Notes under the pieces: generated by a model
Databases searched by the model: none
Seen by the model: the letters and a program-made list of their open reading frames with translations, nothing else
Told to the model about the DNA's origin: nothing
Part shown: positions 35,950 through 46,192 of the stretch, one piece after another
How the letters are laid out: each line of letters begins with the position of its first letter
How positions within the stretch are numbered: position 1 is the first letter of the stretch
Position numbers and translations under genes: made by a program
Virus record (IMG/VR): IMGVR_UViG_3300047368_000324
Span: 12,616 to 76,615 of that record
From: a virus
DNA length: 64,000 nt
Strand: one strand, 5' to 3'

Positions 35950-36715
35950 TAAAAAAGATGAGCAAAATTTTACTTTTGAGCAGAAATACAAAGAAATAGC
36001 AGTTGAAATTAAAAAGCGGCGCGGGAAGTGGTTTTTAAATTCACTGGCGTGGTTTGATTTTCAGGATGTAGAGCAAATTATTTGTGCGCATATAAGTAAA
36101 AAATGGCACCAGTGGGATCAAAACAGACCTCTTGGCCCATGGATCAATAAAATTATTACTAATCAGATGAAAAATATTCTGAGGAATAATTATTCAAACT
36201 TTGTTAGGCCGTGTTTAAGCTGCCCTTTTAATCAATCTAGATCTAGTGTTGACACTGGAATATCAAACGGCAGCCTTTGCGGTTTTACCAGCAGCGGGCT
36301 TCAGGATTCTGAATGCCCTTTGTATTTAAAATGGGAAAAAACTAAAAAATCTGCCTACGATATTAAGATGGCAGTTACTATTGAGAATCACGCAGGAGAG
36401 GTAGCGTGCATGTCTGATAAGCAGATTGATATTGATCGCGCAGCAGAAAAACTAAATGAAGAGATGCAAAAAATTCTGCCAGAAAAACAATACAAAGTAT
36501 ATAAAATGCTTTACGTCGACCACATGGACGAAGTTGAAGTCGCAAAAATAATGGGCTACAAGACAAGTGAAAAGGGCAGAAAGGCAGGGTATAAACAATT
36601 AAAAAATCTTAAAAAATTATTTAAGGAAAAAGCCATAAGTATATTAAAGAAAGGAGAAATTGTAGCATATGAAACCGCAGCTAGAATTAACCAAAGATCA
36701 GAAGGAATTTCTTAG
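35936..36715 (+). CDS. phage sigma70-family factor with Cys-rich insert
   Basis: region 2-like DVEQ...WD...L..WI..I..N; region 4 HTH EVAKIMG. Confidence 0.7.
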   Translation: MKKVDKKDEQNFTFEQKYKEIAVEIKKRRGKWFLNSLAWFDFQDVEQIICAHISKKWHQWDQNRPLGPWINKIITNQMKNILRNNYSNFVRPCLSCPFNQSRSSVDTGISNGSLCGFTSSGLQDSECPLYLKWEKTKKSAYDIKMAVTIENHAGEVACMSDKQIDIDRAAEKLNEEMQKILPEKQYKVYKMLYVDHMDEVEVAKIMGYKTSEKGRKAGYKQLKNLKKLFKEKAISILKKGEIVAYETAARINQRSEGIS

Positions 36716-37727
36716 AGAGAATATTGATTCTATTAACGACTTAACTGAGTTAACTAGAACATTATTTAAAAATGATTCACTAGACGGTAGGTCTAGGGAG
36801 GGTAGGGCAGTCAGGGCTTACCTTGCTCAGCAAGAGTTAGATTATTCTACGAAGCATATTGACAAGAAGGAAGATGTTGAGTTAAGTGAATCTCAAAAAG
36901 AGTTTATAAAAAACAATTCTGCGCCCGGAGTTAGTAGTCTGGATCTTGCTAAATTATGTTTTTCAGATGACAAGATTAAGCATTTGAGTAAGGAATTCTG
37001 GGCGGTACATAACTTTATTGTTTCTGAAGGCTTAGATGTCTTTGAGGATGAAACTGGGTTAAATGTCAAATATTCTCCACCCAAGGCAGACAGCAAAGTA
37101 TTAAAAAAGATTAATGATTTCGTGGGTACAGAAATAACCGAAGGCAAGATGAATGTGCAATACAAAAGATGCATGGAGTCTTTAAGGAAATTTTTGTGCG
37201 CACCTAGGTTCTTGCAAGTAATTGAGACTTATACATCGATTGAGGATCGGGATTTGTTTGAGGCAGAATTCGTTAGGGCAACATGGGACAAGCCGGACCT
37301 TTCTACGGACGAAATAAATTTATATATAAATGTATGCATGGATTACATTCAATTAAAAAGAATTCAATCCGCAATGAATAAGCTTAATCGAATGTTTGAT
37401 GAAGCCGAAGATCAACAAGATTTAACTGTTAGACTCGCGGAGCTTTTAAAGACTAAAAGCGAAGAATATAATCAGTGCGAAAAGAGAATGGAATCTTTGA
37501 TTTCAAAACTACAGGGCGATCGATCAAAAAGGATACAAAATAATGTTGAAAAAAACGCCAGTATATTAAATTTAGTTCAATTGTTTCAGGAAGAGGAGGA
37601 GCGATTGATTATGGTAAAGATGGCAGAAATGCAGAAAAGAAGCATCTCTGAAGAGGCCGATAATTTAGAAAAAATGCCCGAATGGAAAGCTAGGGTGCTT
37701 GGAGTAACAAAAAGAGACGTTATTTAA
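36669..37727 (+). CDS. hypothetical helical protein (possible terminase small subunit)
   Basis: HTH-like repeats and coiled coil, upstream of terL. Confidence 0.45.
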   Translation: MKPQLELTKDQKEFLRENIDSINDLTELTRTLFKNDSLDGRSREGRAVRAYLAQQELDYSTKHIDKKEDVELSESQKEFIKNNSAPGVSSLDLAKLCFSDDKIKHLSKEFWAVHNFIVSEGLDVFEDETGLNVKYSPPKADSKVLKKINDFVGTEITEGKMNVQYKRCMESLRKFLCAPRFLQVIETYTSIEDRDLFEAEFVRATWDKPDLSTDEINLYINVCMDYIQLKRIQSAMNKLNRMFDEAEDQQDLTVRLAELLKTKSEEYNQCEKRMESLISKLQGDRSKRIQNNVEKNASILNLVQLFQEEEERLIMVKMAEMQKRSISEEADNLEKMPEWKARVLGVTKRDVI

Positions 37728-38389
37728 TGGAGTTTGAGCAAGTAGTGAACCAAAAGTACACTTGTGGAGAGGGCACTCATGTTCTGTCTCCAGGTCTTAA
37801 ACAGTGTGCTTTAGATTTTTATCGAACTCCTGATTCTAAAGTTTCTCCATACTTGTACAGAAATTGTCGTTTTGACGGCTCTAAGACATTTTGGGCTGCT
37901 AAATTTAGTTTTGAATATCAGCAGTTTTTTGAAGGGTGTAGCTTTATTGGTGGCGCATCTGGGATAATTGACGTATGCAGGGGTGGGGATTTGCAGTTTA
38001 AGAATTGCACTTTTATCGCTAATTCTAGAAAAGCTCAATTATTTATTAGGGGCGGCGCTAAAAATATAGTTTTCGAAAATTGTAAATTTATATCTGATAG
38101 GCCGTTTGTTTTTTCTAGTTGGTTTATTTTTGGAGCTTGGTCTTTGTTTGATTTTTTTTATAGACCATACCTTAGAAATGTAGAAATTAAAAACTGCTCG
38201 TTTAAAAAGGGCTGTTTAGTTAAAGGCATATCTATGTATTCGGAAAAGATCAAAAGGGACAATTCTTACTTTCCCTGGCTCACAATGCCTTGTTGGATAA
38301 TTAGGGCTTATTGGCGAATAAAAAGAAAAATTATGAAGAGTAAAAATATCCCGCTTTTTATGTCTAAAGTCTACCCTGAAGAGTTATGA
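37727..38389 (+). CDS. beta-helix-like protein
   Basis: repeated F.NC.F motifs. Confidence 0.5.
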   Translation: MEFEQVVNQKYTCGEGTHVLSPGLKQCALDFYRTPDSKVSPYLYRNCRFDGSKTFWAAKFSFEYQQFFEGCSFIGGASGIIDVCRGGDLQFKNCTFIANSRKAQLFIRGGAKNIVFENCKFISDRPFVFSSWFIFGAWSLFDFFYRPYLRNVEIKNCSFKKGCLVKGISMYSEKIKRDNSYFPWLTMPCWIIRAYWRIKRKIMKSKNIPLFMSKVYPEEL

Positions 38390-39339
38390 TTGAATGTAAG
38401 GTATGCAAAAAGACTTTTAAGTCAGAAAGGGCCTTGCATTGTCATTTAAAGGCTCATGACATGACCATAGCTGAATATTATACTGAATTTTTCCCAAGAA
38501 AAAATAAATTAACTGGCGGGAGCATTCCCTTTAAGGATAAAGATTCATATTTTGACACAGATTTTAGTAATTATTCTGAATTAAAAAAATGGTGCGACAT
38601 AACTACCCCAAACGAAGTTAAAGAATATATACTGAAGCTTTTAGAAAAAAGAATCTCTTCTAGGAACCTTAATCGCGCGCCAAGCTATTTAGAATTAGTT
38701 ATCAATAAGATGCCAACTATAGATAATTATAAAACTCATTTTGGTTCTTATAGCAATGCTTGCAGCCTGCTTGGAGTAAAGCCTTTGTTTGAGAAAGCAT
38801 TACCCCCTGATTTCAATAACTGCGACACGTCTATGTTAAAAATCTTTGTAGACACCAGGGAGCAGCAGCCTCTTTCATTTCCTAATTCTGAGACTATGGC
38901 ATTAAATATAGGAGACTATACTGCTGCGGGAAGTTTTTATGATAGAACTTATATAGACCGAAAAAGTACTAATGACTTTATCGGAACATTAAGCTTGTCA
39001 AACCTGGATAGATTTAAAAGAGAAATAGAACGGGTGAGAAATGCAGATTCATATTTATTTATTATCGTTGAGTCGAACTTAAAATCCCTAGAAAGCTACA
39101 TGAGGGCAGCAAAAAATAAAAAGTTTGGGCCACATAAAAGTAATTTAAAATTTATATATCATAACATGAGACAGATTACGCACGAATTTCAAGATTGTTG
39201 TCAGTTTGTTTTTGCAGATGATAGGAGTGGTTTAGAAAATATAATTCCTAAAATATTATTTTTTGGTAGTATTATTTGGGGAGTAGATTTACAATATTAT
39301 ATAGAAAAAAATGAGCTGGACATCAGGACAACAAAATAG
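38386..39339 (+). CDS. C2H2 Zn-finger plus ERCC4/XPF-type nuclease
   Basis: CKVC...H..H; VDTREQ, GDY and DRKS. Confidence 0.75.
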   Translation: MIECKVCKKTFKSERALHCHLKAHDMTIAEYYTEFFPRKNKLTGGSIPFKDKDSYFDTDFSNYSELKKWCDITTPNEVKEYILKLLEKRISSRNLNRAPSYLELVINKMPTIDNYKTHFGSYSNACSLLGVKPLFEKALPPDFNNCDTSMLKIFVDTREQQPLSFPNSETMALNIGDYTAAGSFYDRTYIDRKSTNDFIGTLSLSNLDRFKREIERVRNADSYLFIIVESNLKSLESYMRAAKNKKFGPHKSNLKFIYHNMRQITHEFQDCCQFVFADDRSGLENIIPKILFFGSIIWGVDLQYYIEKNELDIRTTK

Positions 39340-41179
39340 AGAAATTAACAACTCAATCAATGAAATCATTTCTGAAAAGAAAGGTTTTCTTGAGGAAAAA
39401 GAGGCCAAGATACTTCTGTACAAATTTCTTCGGGAAAACACAACCTTCACTACAGAGCTAATTTCAGGAATTAAGCTTTTTCCTTTTCAGCACATGGCTA
39501 TTAAGGCAATGTTTGAGACTGATTATTTTATGGGGGTCTGGAGTCGTGGTATGTCTAAATCTTTTACCACAGGCATATATGCATTCCTCGATGCAATTTT
39601 AAATCAGGGTGTTGAGATAGGAATTTTATCCAAATCATTTAGGCAGGCTAAAATGATATTTAAAAAAATAGAAGACATTGCCGCCAAACCCGAAGCCTCC
39701 TTTTTGGCTCAGTGCATTACGAGAAAATCAAAAAGTAACGACGAGTGGCTCATGGAAATTGGATCTTCAAGAATCCGAGCATTGCCATTAGGCGATGGTG
39801 AAAAACTTCGTGGTTTTAGGTTTCATAGAATTATAATTGATGAATTTTTATTAATGCCCGAAAGAATTTATAATGAGGTTATTGTTCCGTTCCTTTCTGT
39901 TGTTGAGAATCCAACCCAAAGGCAGGAACTTTATGATCTCGAGACTAAGCTTATTCAAGAAGGCAAAATGACAGAAAAAGAAAGGTACCAGTGGCCGAAC
40001 AATAAGTTAATCATGCTTTCTTCTGCCAGCTATAAATTTGAATACATGTACAAGCTTTACTGTCAGTTCGATGACTTGATCCACGAGCCCGGCCAGGATA
40101 AAAATAACGCTCATAGAACTATTATGCAATTTAGTTATGACTGCGCTCCTCAGCAGCTTTACGATCAAAATCTGATTGATCAAGCTAAAGCGACAATGAG
40201 CCATAGTCAGTTTGAGAGGGAATTTGGAGCTGTATTTACTGACGATAGTAGTGGTTATTTTAAGACATCAAGAATGGCCGGATGCACTGTAGATGAAGGT
40301 AGTAATCCCTGCGTAGAAGTAAAAGGAGAGCAGGGGGCAAAGTATATTTTGTCTTTTGATCCTAGTTGGGCAGAATCAGAAAGCTCGGATGACTTTGCCA
40401 TGACTGTATTCAAAATAAACCCCGAAACTAAAATGGGAACGATGGTTCATGGGTATGCTTTGAGTGGAACTAATCTAAAGCAACATATTCAATACTTTGA
40501 CTATATACTTAAAAACTTTAATATAGTATTTATTGTGGGCGATTATAACGGAGGAGTTCAGTTTATTAATGCTGTAAATGAAAGCGCTATATTTAAGAAG
40601 CAAAATAAAAAAATAGGAGTTATATCTTCTTCTCTTGATAAGCCTGAGGAATATCATTCGGACCTGCTTGAGTTAAGGAAAGAATACGATCTTGATTCAA
40701 ATAAAATCTGCTACCTAAGAAAACCCTCTTCGTCGTGGATTCGCATTGCCAATGAATTGCTTCAGGCTAATTTTGATCATAAAAGGATATGGTTTGGATG
40801 CAGAGCCACAGACGACCAGTATCATGCCCAGGTTAGAAAAAAAATTCCAATTTCAAAAATTAAATTCTTAAGAACAGCTGATGCAGAAGAGAAGCAAAGT
40901 GATCGGGCTAAAATGATTGATTTCGTGGAGCATCAGTATGATATGATTGAATTAACTAAGTCGCAGTGCGCCTTAATACAAATAAAAACTTCTCCTCAGG
41001 GAACGCAGACTTTTGACCTGCCAGACAACTTGAGAAGGCAAAGTGGCCCAGATAAGGCAAGAAAAGATAGTTATTCCTCTCTTGTACTTGGTAATTGGAT
41101 GATTAAAATATATAATGATATGAATGATGTTAAGATGGAAAATATTCAATCTACGTTTACGCCAATGTTCATTGGTTAA
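39311..41179 (+). CDS. terL: terminase large subunit
   Basis: Walker A SRGMSKS, LRGFR, Walker B IIIDE, RNase H-like SFDPS, RKD. Confidence 0.88.
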   Translation: MSWTSGQQNREINNSINEIISEKKGFLEEKEAKILLYKFLRENTTFTTELISGIKLFPFQHMAIKAMFETDYFMGVWSRGMSKSFTTGIYAFLDAILNQGVEIGILSKSFRQAKMIFKKIEDIAAKPEASFLAQCITRKSKSNDEWLMEIGSSRIRALPLGDGEKLRGFRFHRIIIDEFLLMPERIYNEVIVPFLSVVENPTQRQELYDLETKLIQEGKMTEKERYQWPNNKLIMLSSASYKFEYMYKLYCQFDDLIHEPGQDKNNAHRTIMQFSYDCAPQQLYDQNLIDQAKATMSHSQFEREFGAVFTDDSSGYFKTSRMAGCTVDEGSNPCVEVKGEQGAKYILSFDPSWAESESSDDFAMTVFKINPETKMGTMVHGYALSGTNLKQHIQYFDYILKNFNIVFIVGDYNGGVQFINAVNESAIFKKQNKKIGVISSSLDKPEEYHSDLLELRKEYDLDSNKICYLRKPSSSWIRIANELLQANFDHKRIWFGCRATDDQYHAQVRKKIPISKIKFLRTADAEEKQSDRAKMIDFVEHQYDMIELTKSQCALIQIKTSPQGTQTFDLPDNLRRQSGPDKARKDSYSSLVLGNWMIKIYNDMNDVKMENIQSTFTPMFIG

Positions 41180-41214
41180 TATCTATTTCTTTTAAATAAT
41201 GTGTATCAAGAATT

Positions 41215-42783
41215 GTGAAAAAGTATAAATATTCTACCCAATTTAATTTTGAGGTTTCCGCTGCTTCTCTAGATGAGTATGAAAATGTATCTGAAGCTTC
41301 TTTGAAAAAATTAAGCGACTTAATTCCTGAGGATGTGGATTTAGAACGCAATATCGATATAACAGCTGTAGCTTTTAATGCAGCAGTAGTAAACAAATTT
41401 AATAAAAACGGAGATGGGATCAATAGTAAATCAGCGATAGCGATTAAAGATCTTTTTATTCACAAGCCATGTAATATAGAGCATCAAAAAGATAATGTTG
41501 TGGGACATATAATATCCGCGGGTTTTTCAGAATATAAATCAAATAACGAATTTATTCAACCAGATGCTAACTCATCTGAACCATTTAATATTTGCCTAGG
41601 GGCTATAGTTTATAAAACTGTCCAACCAGAATTTGCAGAACAAATAATTGACTCTGTTGATGAAAAGAGCGAAAACTATCAGTCCGTTTCCGCTAGCTGG
41701 GAGATAGGATTTAATGAGTATGCTGTCGTTGTCGGATCTGGCCCATTTGAGGAAAGAAAGATAATCCGAGATGAAGATGAGGTGAAAACTCTCAGCGCTA
41801 ATCTAAAATCTTTTGGAGGCAAAGGTGTTACAGAAGACGGAGAAGAGATTAATCGGTTGATCGAGGGTGAAATTTATCCTCTAGGAATAGGCTTTACTAA
41901 TAACCCTGCAGCAGACGTAAAAGGCGTTGTAATGAAGGACGATGATGATGAAATTCAAAATGTTGATAATTCGAATGTTATGGAAAAAGAAGATCATCAA
42001 GAAAAAAGTTCTCATTTAAATGATAGCGCTGTAATACAAGAGGAACAAAACTTTTTTTCAAAAACTATGGAAAAGCAAGAACTACTAAAAGATATTGAAC
42101 AGCTCCTTTCTGAAAAGGCGGCTGCAAAAGACTTTTCGGATGAAGCTATCGCTAACATTACCAAGGTCTTTCATGATGCAATTCATGAAAAGAGTAATGA
42201 GTATGTTGAGCAGATTGAAAAAGCGAAAGCTGAGCAAGCCGAAGCGCAAACTCAAAAAGAAGAGCTAGCAAAAACGTTATCAGAGCTTCAAAGCAAGCTT
42301 GAAGAAACTGAAGAAAAACTTCAGTCACTTGAAGTTGAGAAATCAGATAGAGAATCTCAAGCAAAATTTGATGCAAGAATGAATGCTATCGAGGAATCCT
42401 ATACTTTAGAGGATGCTGATAGAAAGATTATCGCAGAAGAATTGTCAAGTATTGATGACTCTGAAGAAGCTTTTGCTTCGTATCAAGAAAAGCTTTCTGT
42501 AGTATTTAAGTCTAAAAGCAATGAGTACATTCAGAAACTAGCTGAAGAAATGGAAGCAAAAATTCAAGAAGAAGTCGCAAAAAGGCTTAGTGAAGAATCT
42601 TCACAAGCTAGCGAAGAAGTATCTGACGAAGAAGATGGCTCCACGTTAATTGAAGAATCATTAGAAAAAGCTAATGCAACAGAAGTTATTCCAAATAACA
42701 ACTGCCAAACTTCCGAAACGGAAGAATCTTTGCGCAGTCGATTTGCTCAAGCTTTTAAAGATTCTGTAAAAGTTACATACTAA
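41215..42783 (+). CDS. prohead protease with C-terminal scaffold
   Basis: NKNGD, NIEH, VGH, SWE and NPAA motifs plus acidic coiled coil. Confidence 0.7.
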   Translation: MKKYKYSTQFNFEVSAASLDEYENVSEASLKKLSDLIPEDVDLERNIDITAVAFNAAVVNKFNKNGDGINSKSAIAIKDLFIHKPCNIEHQKDNVVGHIISAGFSEYKSNNEFIQPDANSSEPFNICLGAIVYKTVQPEFAEQIIDSVDEKSENYQSVSASWEIGFNEYAVVVGSGPFEERKIIRDEDEVKTLSANLKSFGGKGVTEDGEEINRLIEGEIYPLGIGFTNNPAADVKGVVMKDDDDEIQNVDNSNVMEKEDHQEKSSHLNDSAVIQEEQNFFSKTMEKQELLKDIEQLLSEKAAAKDFSDEAIANITKVFHDAIHEKSNEYVEQIEKAKAEQAEAQTQKEELAKTLSELQSKLEETEEKLQSLEVEKSDRESQAKFDARMNAIEESYTLEDADRKIIAEELSSIDDSEEAFASYQEKLSVVFKSKSNEYIQKLAEEMEAKIQEEVAKRLSEESSQASEEVSDEEDGSTLIEESLEKANATEVIPNNNCQTSETEESLRSRFAQAFKDSVKVTY

Positions 42784-42800
42784 ATTTTAAGGAAAATAAA

Positions 42801-43433
42801 ATGGCTACTAGATTAGAACCATACAGAGATTACAGCGAACATGAGGTAGTTAACCTCTTTTCGTTAGCCGTTGCAGACGACCAAGATTTACATCTTTGGG
42901 GACCTGGCGACGCACTCTCGGGCGATCAGGATGCGGGCGTTATTGTTTCAGCGGTGGCAACTGCTGCAGAATTGCCCGGAGATATTCCTGGTTTTTCCGA
43001 TAAAAATGCAGGGACGACTACTTCACTAAGAAAATATCTTGGTGCAAGCGGACAGCCCCATGTAGGATTCAATGCTTACCCAGTCGTAGGCATGAATGTT
43101 GAGCCTGCTAGCTCAGGTGGACTTCCACCAATTGGTATCACATTGAAACAAACTCTCGCTTATGATGAGAACGATGAAAATCTTCTTCGTTACCCTCTTA
43201 AGAAAGACGAACTTCAAGCTGTGCTTCCAGGTCAAGCAGTGCCAGTTTTAACAAGAGGACTTGTTCTTCTCAACGCAATGGCTTTTGAAACCGGTGTCGT
43301 TTTAGGCGCTGGCCAAGGCATTGATCTTTCTGGAACCGAAGATGGCAAATTTGTCAACGGAGGAGCTGGAGATCTCGGTCGAATCATAGCAATTGGCGCT
43401 GGAGGAAAAGCCCTTTGTAAAATTTCTTTCTAA
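42801..43433 (+). CDS. head decoration / minor capsid protein
   Basis: between scaffold and MCP; Gly-rich. Confidence 0.55.
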   Translation: MATRLEPYRDYSEHEVVNLFSLAVADDQDLHLWGPGDALSGDQDAGVIVSAVATAAELPGDIPGFSDKNAGTTTSLRKYLGASGQPHVGFNAYPVVGMNVEPASSGGLPPIGITLKQTLAYDENDENLLRYPLKKDELQAVLPGQAVPVLTRGLVLLNAMAFETGVVLGAGQGIDLSGTEDGKFVNGGAGDLGRIIAIGAGGKALCKISF

Positions 43434-43451
43434 CATTAGGAGATTAATAAT

Positions 43452-44588
43452 ATGGAAATTAAAATCGAAAGAACCGCAGAGCAGGTCGAGCTAGTTAAAG
43501 CTATGGCCTCTAAGAATCGCGAGGTTGCATATGAAGCTCAAGCTGCACTTGGAGACTTTATTGGTCCAGTGCTAGCAGAAGTTATCGCTCAAGCTCCTAC
43601 TCTTAGTAATTTATTTACTTCTCTTCAGTTTAATTCTGAAGATAATGCAAGTATCCCGTTGGATTTATACCACGATATTACAGACGAAGACTATATTCAA
43701 ATTTGGCAGCAAAGCGCCCCAGGCGGTTTGCCAACTAATCATGTAGCACCCGTACAACAAGAAATGAAGTTTACAACTTACCGCTTGGATAGCGCACTCT
43801 CTTTTGATAAGAGGTTTGCTGCCCGCTCAAGAATGGATGTTGTAAGCAAGACTTTCACACGTATGGCTCAAGAAATTTTGTTGAAGCAAGATAAGACATC
43901 TGCTTCCATGATCTTGACCGCTCTTGGTAATGCTAGTTTTAAAGATAGTGCTGGCGCTGATCAGTTCCACGTACAAGACGCGGTCACATCTGGAAGATTT
44001 CTTCTTGCTGACCTGAATAAGCTTTTCACTCTGTGCAAAAGACTTAACACTTCTTGGGCTGGTGGAACTCCTGCAGACCGTCGCGGACGAGGAGTTACCG
44101 ACTTGATCGTTTCTCCTGAAATTGTTGAAGAAATTCGCGGAATGGCTTACAATCCAATCAATACTGTAAGTAATCGTAAGGTTGCTGACGGTTCTGGTGG
44201 AACTGTTGATGGAGGTGGAGACATCGCTGGAACAGAAGCTCTTCGTGAACGAGTATTTAATAGTGCTGGAATTCCAGAATTCTATGGCGTTTCTATCATG
44301 GAGATTAATGAAATGGGTAAAGGGCAAAAATGGAACAGTCTTTTCGGCTCAGTAAAAGCCGGAGGAATTTCCTTTGACGCAGCTACTCAAGAAATTATAG
44401 TCGGAGTTGACTTGTCTCGTGAATCTATGCTTCGTGCAGTCGCAACAGATTCTGAAACCGGTTCTGAATTCGACTTGGTTGTTGACGACCAATTTGTGTC
44501 AAGATCACAAAAGGTTGGATACTACGGGTCTCTTGAAGAAGGCCGCATGCTTCTTGACGATAGAGTCCTTACAGGCATTATTGTTTAA
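43452..44588 (+). CDS. major capsid protein
   Basis: size, synteny, strong SD and terminator; LIVSPE and G.....GV.I motifs. Confidence 0.75.
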   Translation: MEIKIERTAEQVELVKAMASKNREVAYEAQAALGDFIGPVLAEVIAQAPTLSNLFTSLQFNSEDNASIPLDLYHDITDEDYIQIWQQSAPGGLPTNHVAPVQQEMKFTTYRLDSALSFDKRFAARSRMDVVSKTFTRMAQEILLKQDKTSASMILTALGNASFKDSAGADQFHVQDAVTSGRFLLADLNKLFTLCKRLNTSWAGGTPADRRGRGVTDLIVSPEIVEEIRGMAYNPINTVSNRKVADGSGGTVDGGGDIAGTEALRERVFNSAGIPEFYGVSIMEINEMGKGQKWNSLFGSVKAGGISFDAATQEIIVGVDLSRESMLRAVATDSETGSEFDLVVDDQFVSRSQKVGYYGSLEEGRMLLDDRVLTGIIV

Positions 44589-44609
44589 GTTTAGAAATAT
44601 TCTTAAGTT

Positions 44610-44642
44610 AAAAAAATCCACCTTTTTAGGTGGATTTTTTTT
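44610..44642 (+). terminator. intrinsic terminator
   Basis: aaaaaatccacct-ttt-taggtggattttttt. Confidence 0.85.
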
Positions 44643-44692
44643 GTGTTCACGCAGAATATATATTTGTGTACATTGTATAGGAAAAAGGACTT

Positions 44693-45127
44693 ATGAGTAA
44701 TACAAAGAAAAACAAAAAGAGCACTTCTTCTAGAGCAAAAAGTTCTACTAAAACTAGCTCAAGAAAGAAAACACCATTAGAAGATCTTCAACAAACAAAT
44801 GGAAAACTATATGAGCCTACAGTAGATCAGGTTCGTAAATTAGAAGAGATTTTAGAAGTTAAAAAAACAAACCCATTCGGCACAAATGATCTTAGAATTT
44901 TCGAAGAAAATGTTGCGTCAATGAACTTGACGGATATGCAAGAAGTTGCCGTAAGAGCCGGAGTATTTCCCAGCGGCAATCGAACTGTTTTAAAAAATAA
45001 ATTAATTAAAGCTTTTAAGGCAGAGGGTTTTGGCATTAACAAAAGCGTAGTTGAGTCAGATCACCAGGTTACGCTCGATCCGAAAAATAAAAAACATAAA
45101 GAAATAATCGATTACTTGAATAGTTAA
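44693..45127 (+). CDS. hypothetical virion-associated protein
   Basis: follows MCP; basic N-terminus. Confidence 0.6.
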   Translation: MSNTKKNKKSTSSRAKSSTKTSSRKKTPLEDLQQTNGKLYEPTVDQVRKLEEILEVKKTNPFGTNDLRIFEENVASMNLTDMQEVAVRAGVFPSGNRTVLKNKLIKAFKAEGFGINKSVVESDHQVTLDPKNKKHKEIIDYLNS

Positions 45128-45128
45128 A

Positions 45129-45632
45129 ATGATCACTCTATCTTCTATTGCAGAATCAATCTTTGATGCAGAGTTCTATTGGAAAGCAGAACTTAAGGAC
45201 ACTAGGTATTCCACTCCAGAAGAAGAAAGGGAAAAGGAGATATTAATTATAGCAGATTGGCTTGAGGCGCATATAGGAGAGTTGAATATAATGATTAATA
45301 CTCATTTTGAAGCAGTAGATGGCGCGGTAGATTTTTACGAAGAAGAGTCAGCCATACTTCGAGAAATGTATATGATGAATTACTATCGAAAGCAAGGAAG
45401 GAATATGCTTAGGCAATTAGACGGGTCCACCGCGACCGCGACATTTAGCTTTAAAACCATTCGAGAGGGAGATTCAATGATTACTGCACCTTCTATGTCA
45501 GAAAACCAAGCTGTCGCCAGAAGTTACCGTTTATTAATGAATGATTCTAGGCAAGCAATAGAAAAGCTGGTCCATAATTATAACATGTATAGATCTAAGC
45601 CGAATCAAGTTTCGGGAGATGATGTAAATTAA
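45129..45632 (+). CDS. putative head-tail connector
   Basis: synteny and helical character. Confidence 0.45.
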   Translation: MITLSSIAESIFDAEFYWKAELKDTRYSTPEEEREKEILIIADWLEAHIGELNIMINTHFEAVDGAVDFYEEESAILREMYMMNYYRKQGRNMLRQLDGSTATATFSFKTIREGDSMITAPSMSENQAVARSYRLLMNDSRQAIEKLVHNYNMYRSKPNQVSGDDVN

Positions 45633-45655
45633 TTTTTTTTTGTGTAATATAACCT

Positions 45656-46192
45656 ATGGAAAACGAACAATCTAGACAAATTTATTTCAAAGAAGAAAAC
45701 GATGCGGATTCTTATGATGTACGCATGTATAGATCCAATCTATTCCAAGCTGCTAAGAATGCACAAAAAATCTTTGATTATCTTGGGGACGGAGTAGAGC
45801 TAGAGGAATGGATGAAACAGCATATCGTTTCCGCTTCAGAGGAGCTTAATCAAGTTAGGCAAGCCCTAGAGTATAATAAAGAATATCCAGAAAAAGCAGA
45901 ATCTCTTCCCGAAGAAGAAGAAGTTGAGAACAATTATCTATCGAACGAGGATAAAAGATATCCTATGCCGCAAGAATCTGAAAGCAGCGAACAATTCATG
46001 ACAAGATGCATATATGATGCTAACATGAAAAAAAGATACCCTGAGCAGGGAGATCGCTTTATGGCTTGCATGCTAATATTAAACGGACCTAACGAAAACG
46101 TTACAGATAATCCTGGAGAAAAATTTGAAGACCCAATGGACCCTGCAAAAAAAGATATTCCGCTAGATCCTCAAAAACCTATACTGCCTTAA
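45656..46192 (+). CDS. hypothetical protein
   Basis: GTGTA motif 9 nt upstream. Confidence 0.65.
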   Translation: MENEQSRQIYFKEENDADSYDVRMYRSNLFQAAKNAQKIFDYLGDGVELEEWMKQHIVSASEELNQVRQALEYNKEYPEKAESLPEEEEVENNYLSNEDKRYPMPQESESSEQFMTRCIYDANMKKRYPEQGDRFMACMLILNGPNENVTDNPGEKFEDPMDPAKKDIPLDPQKPILP

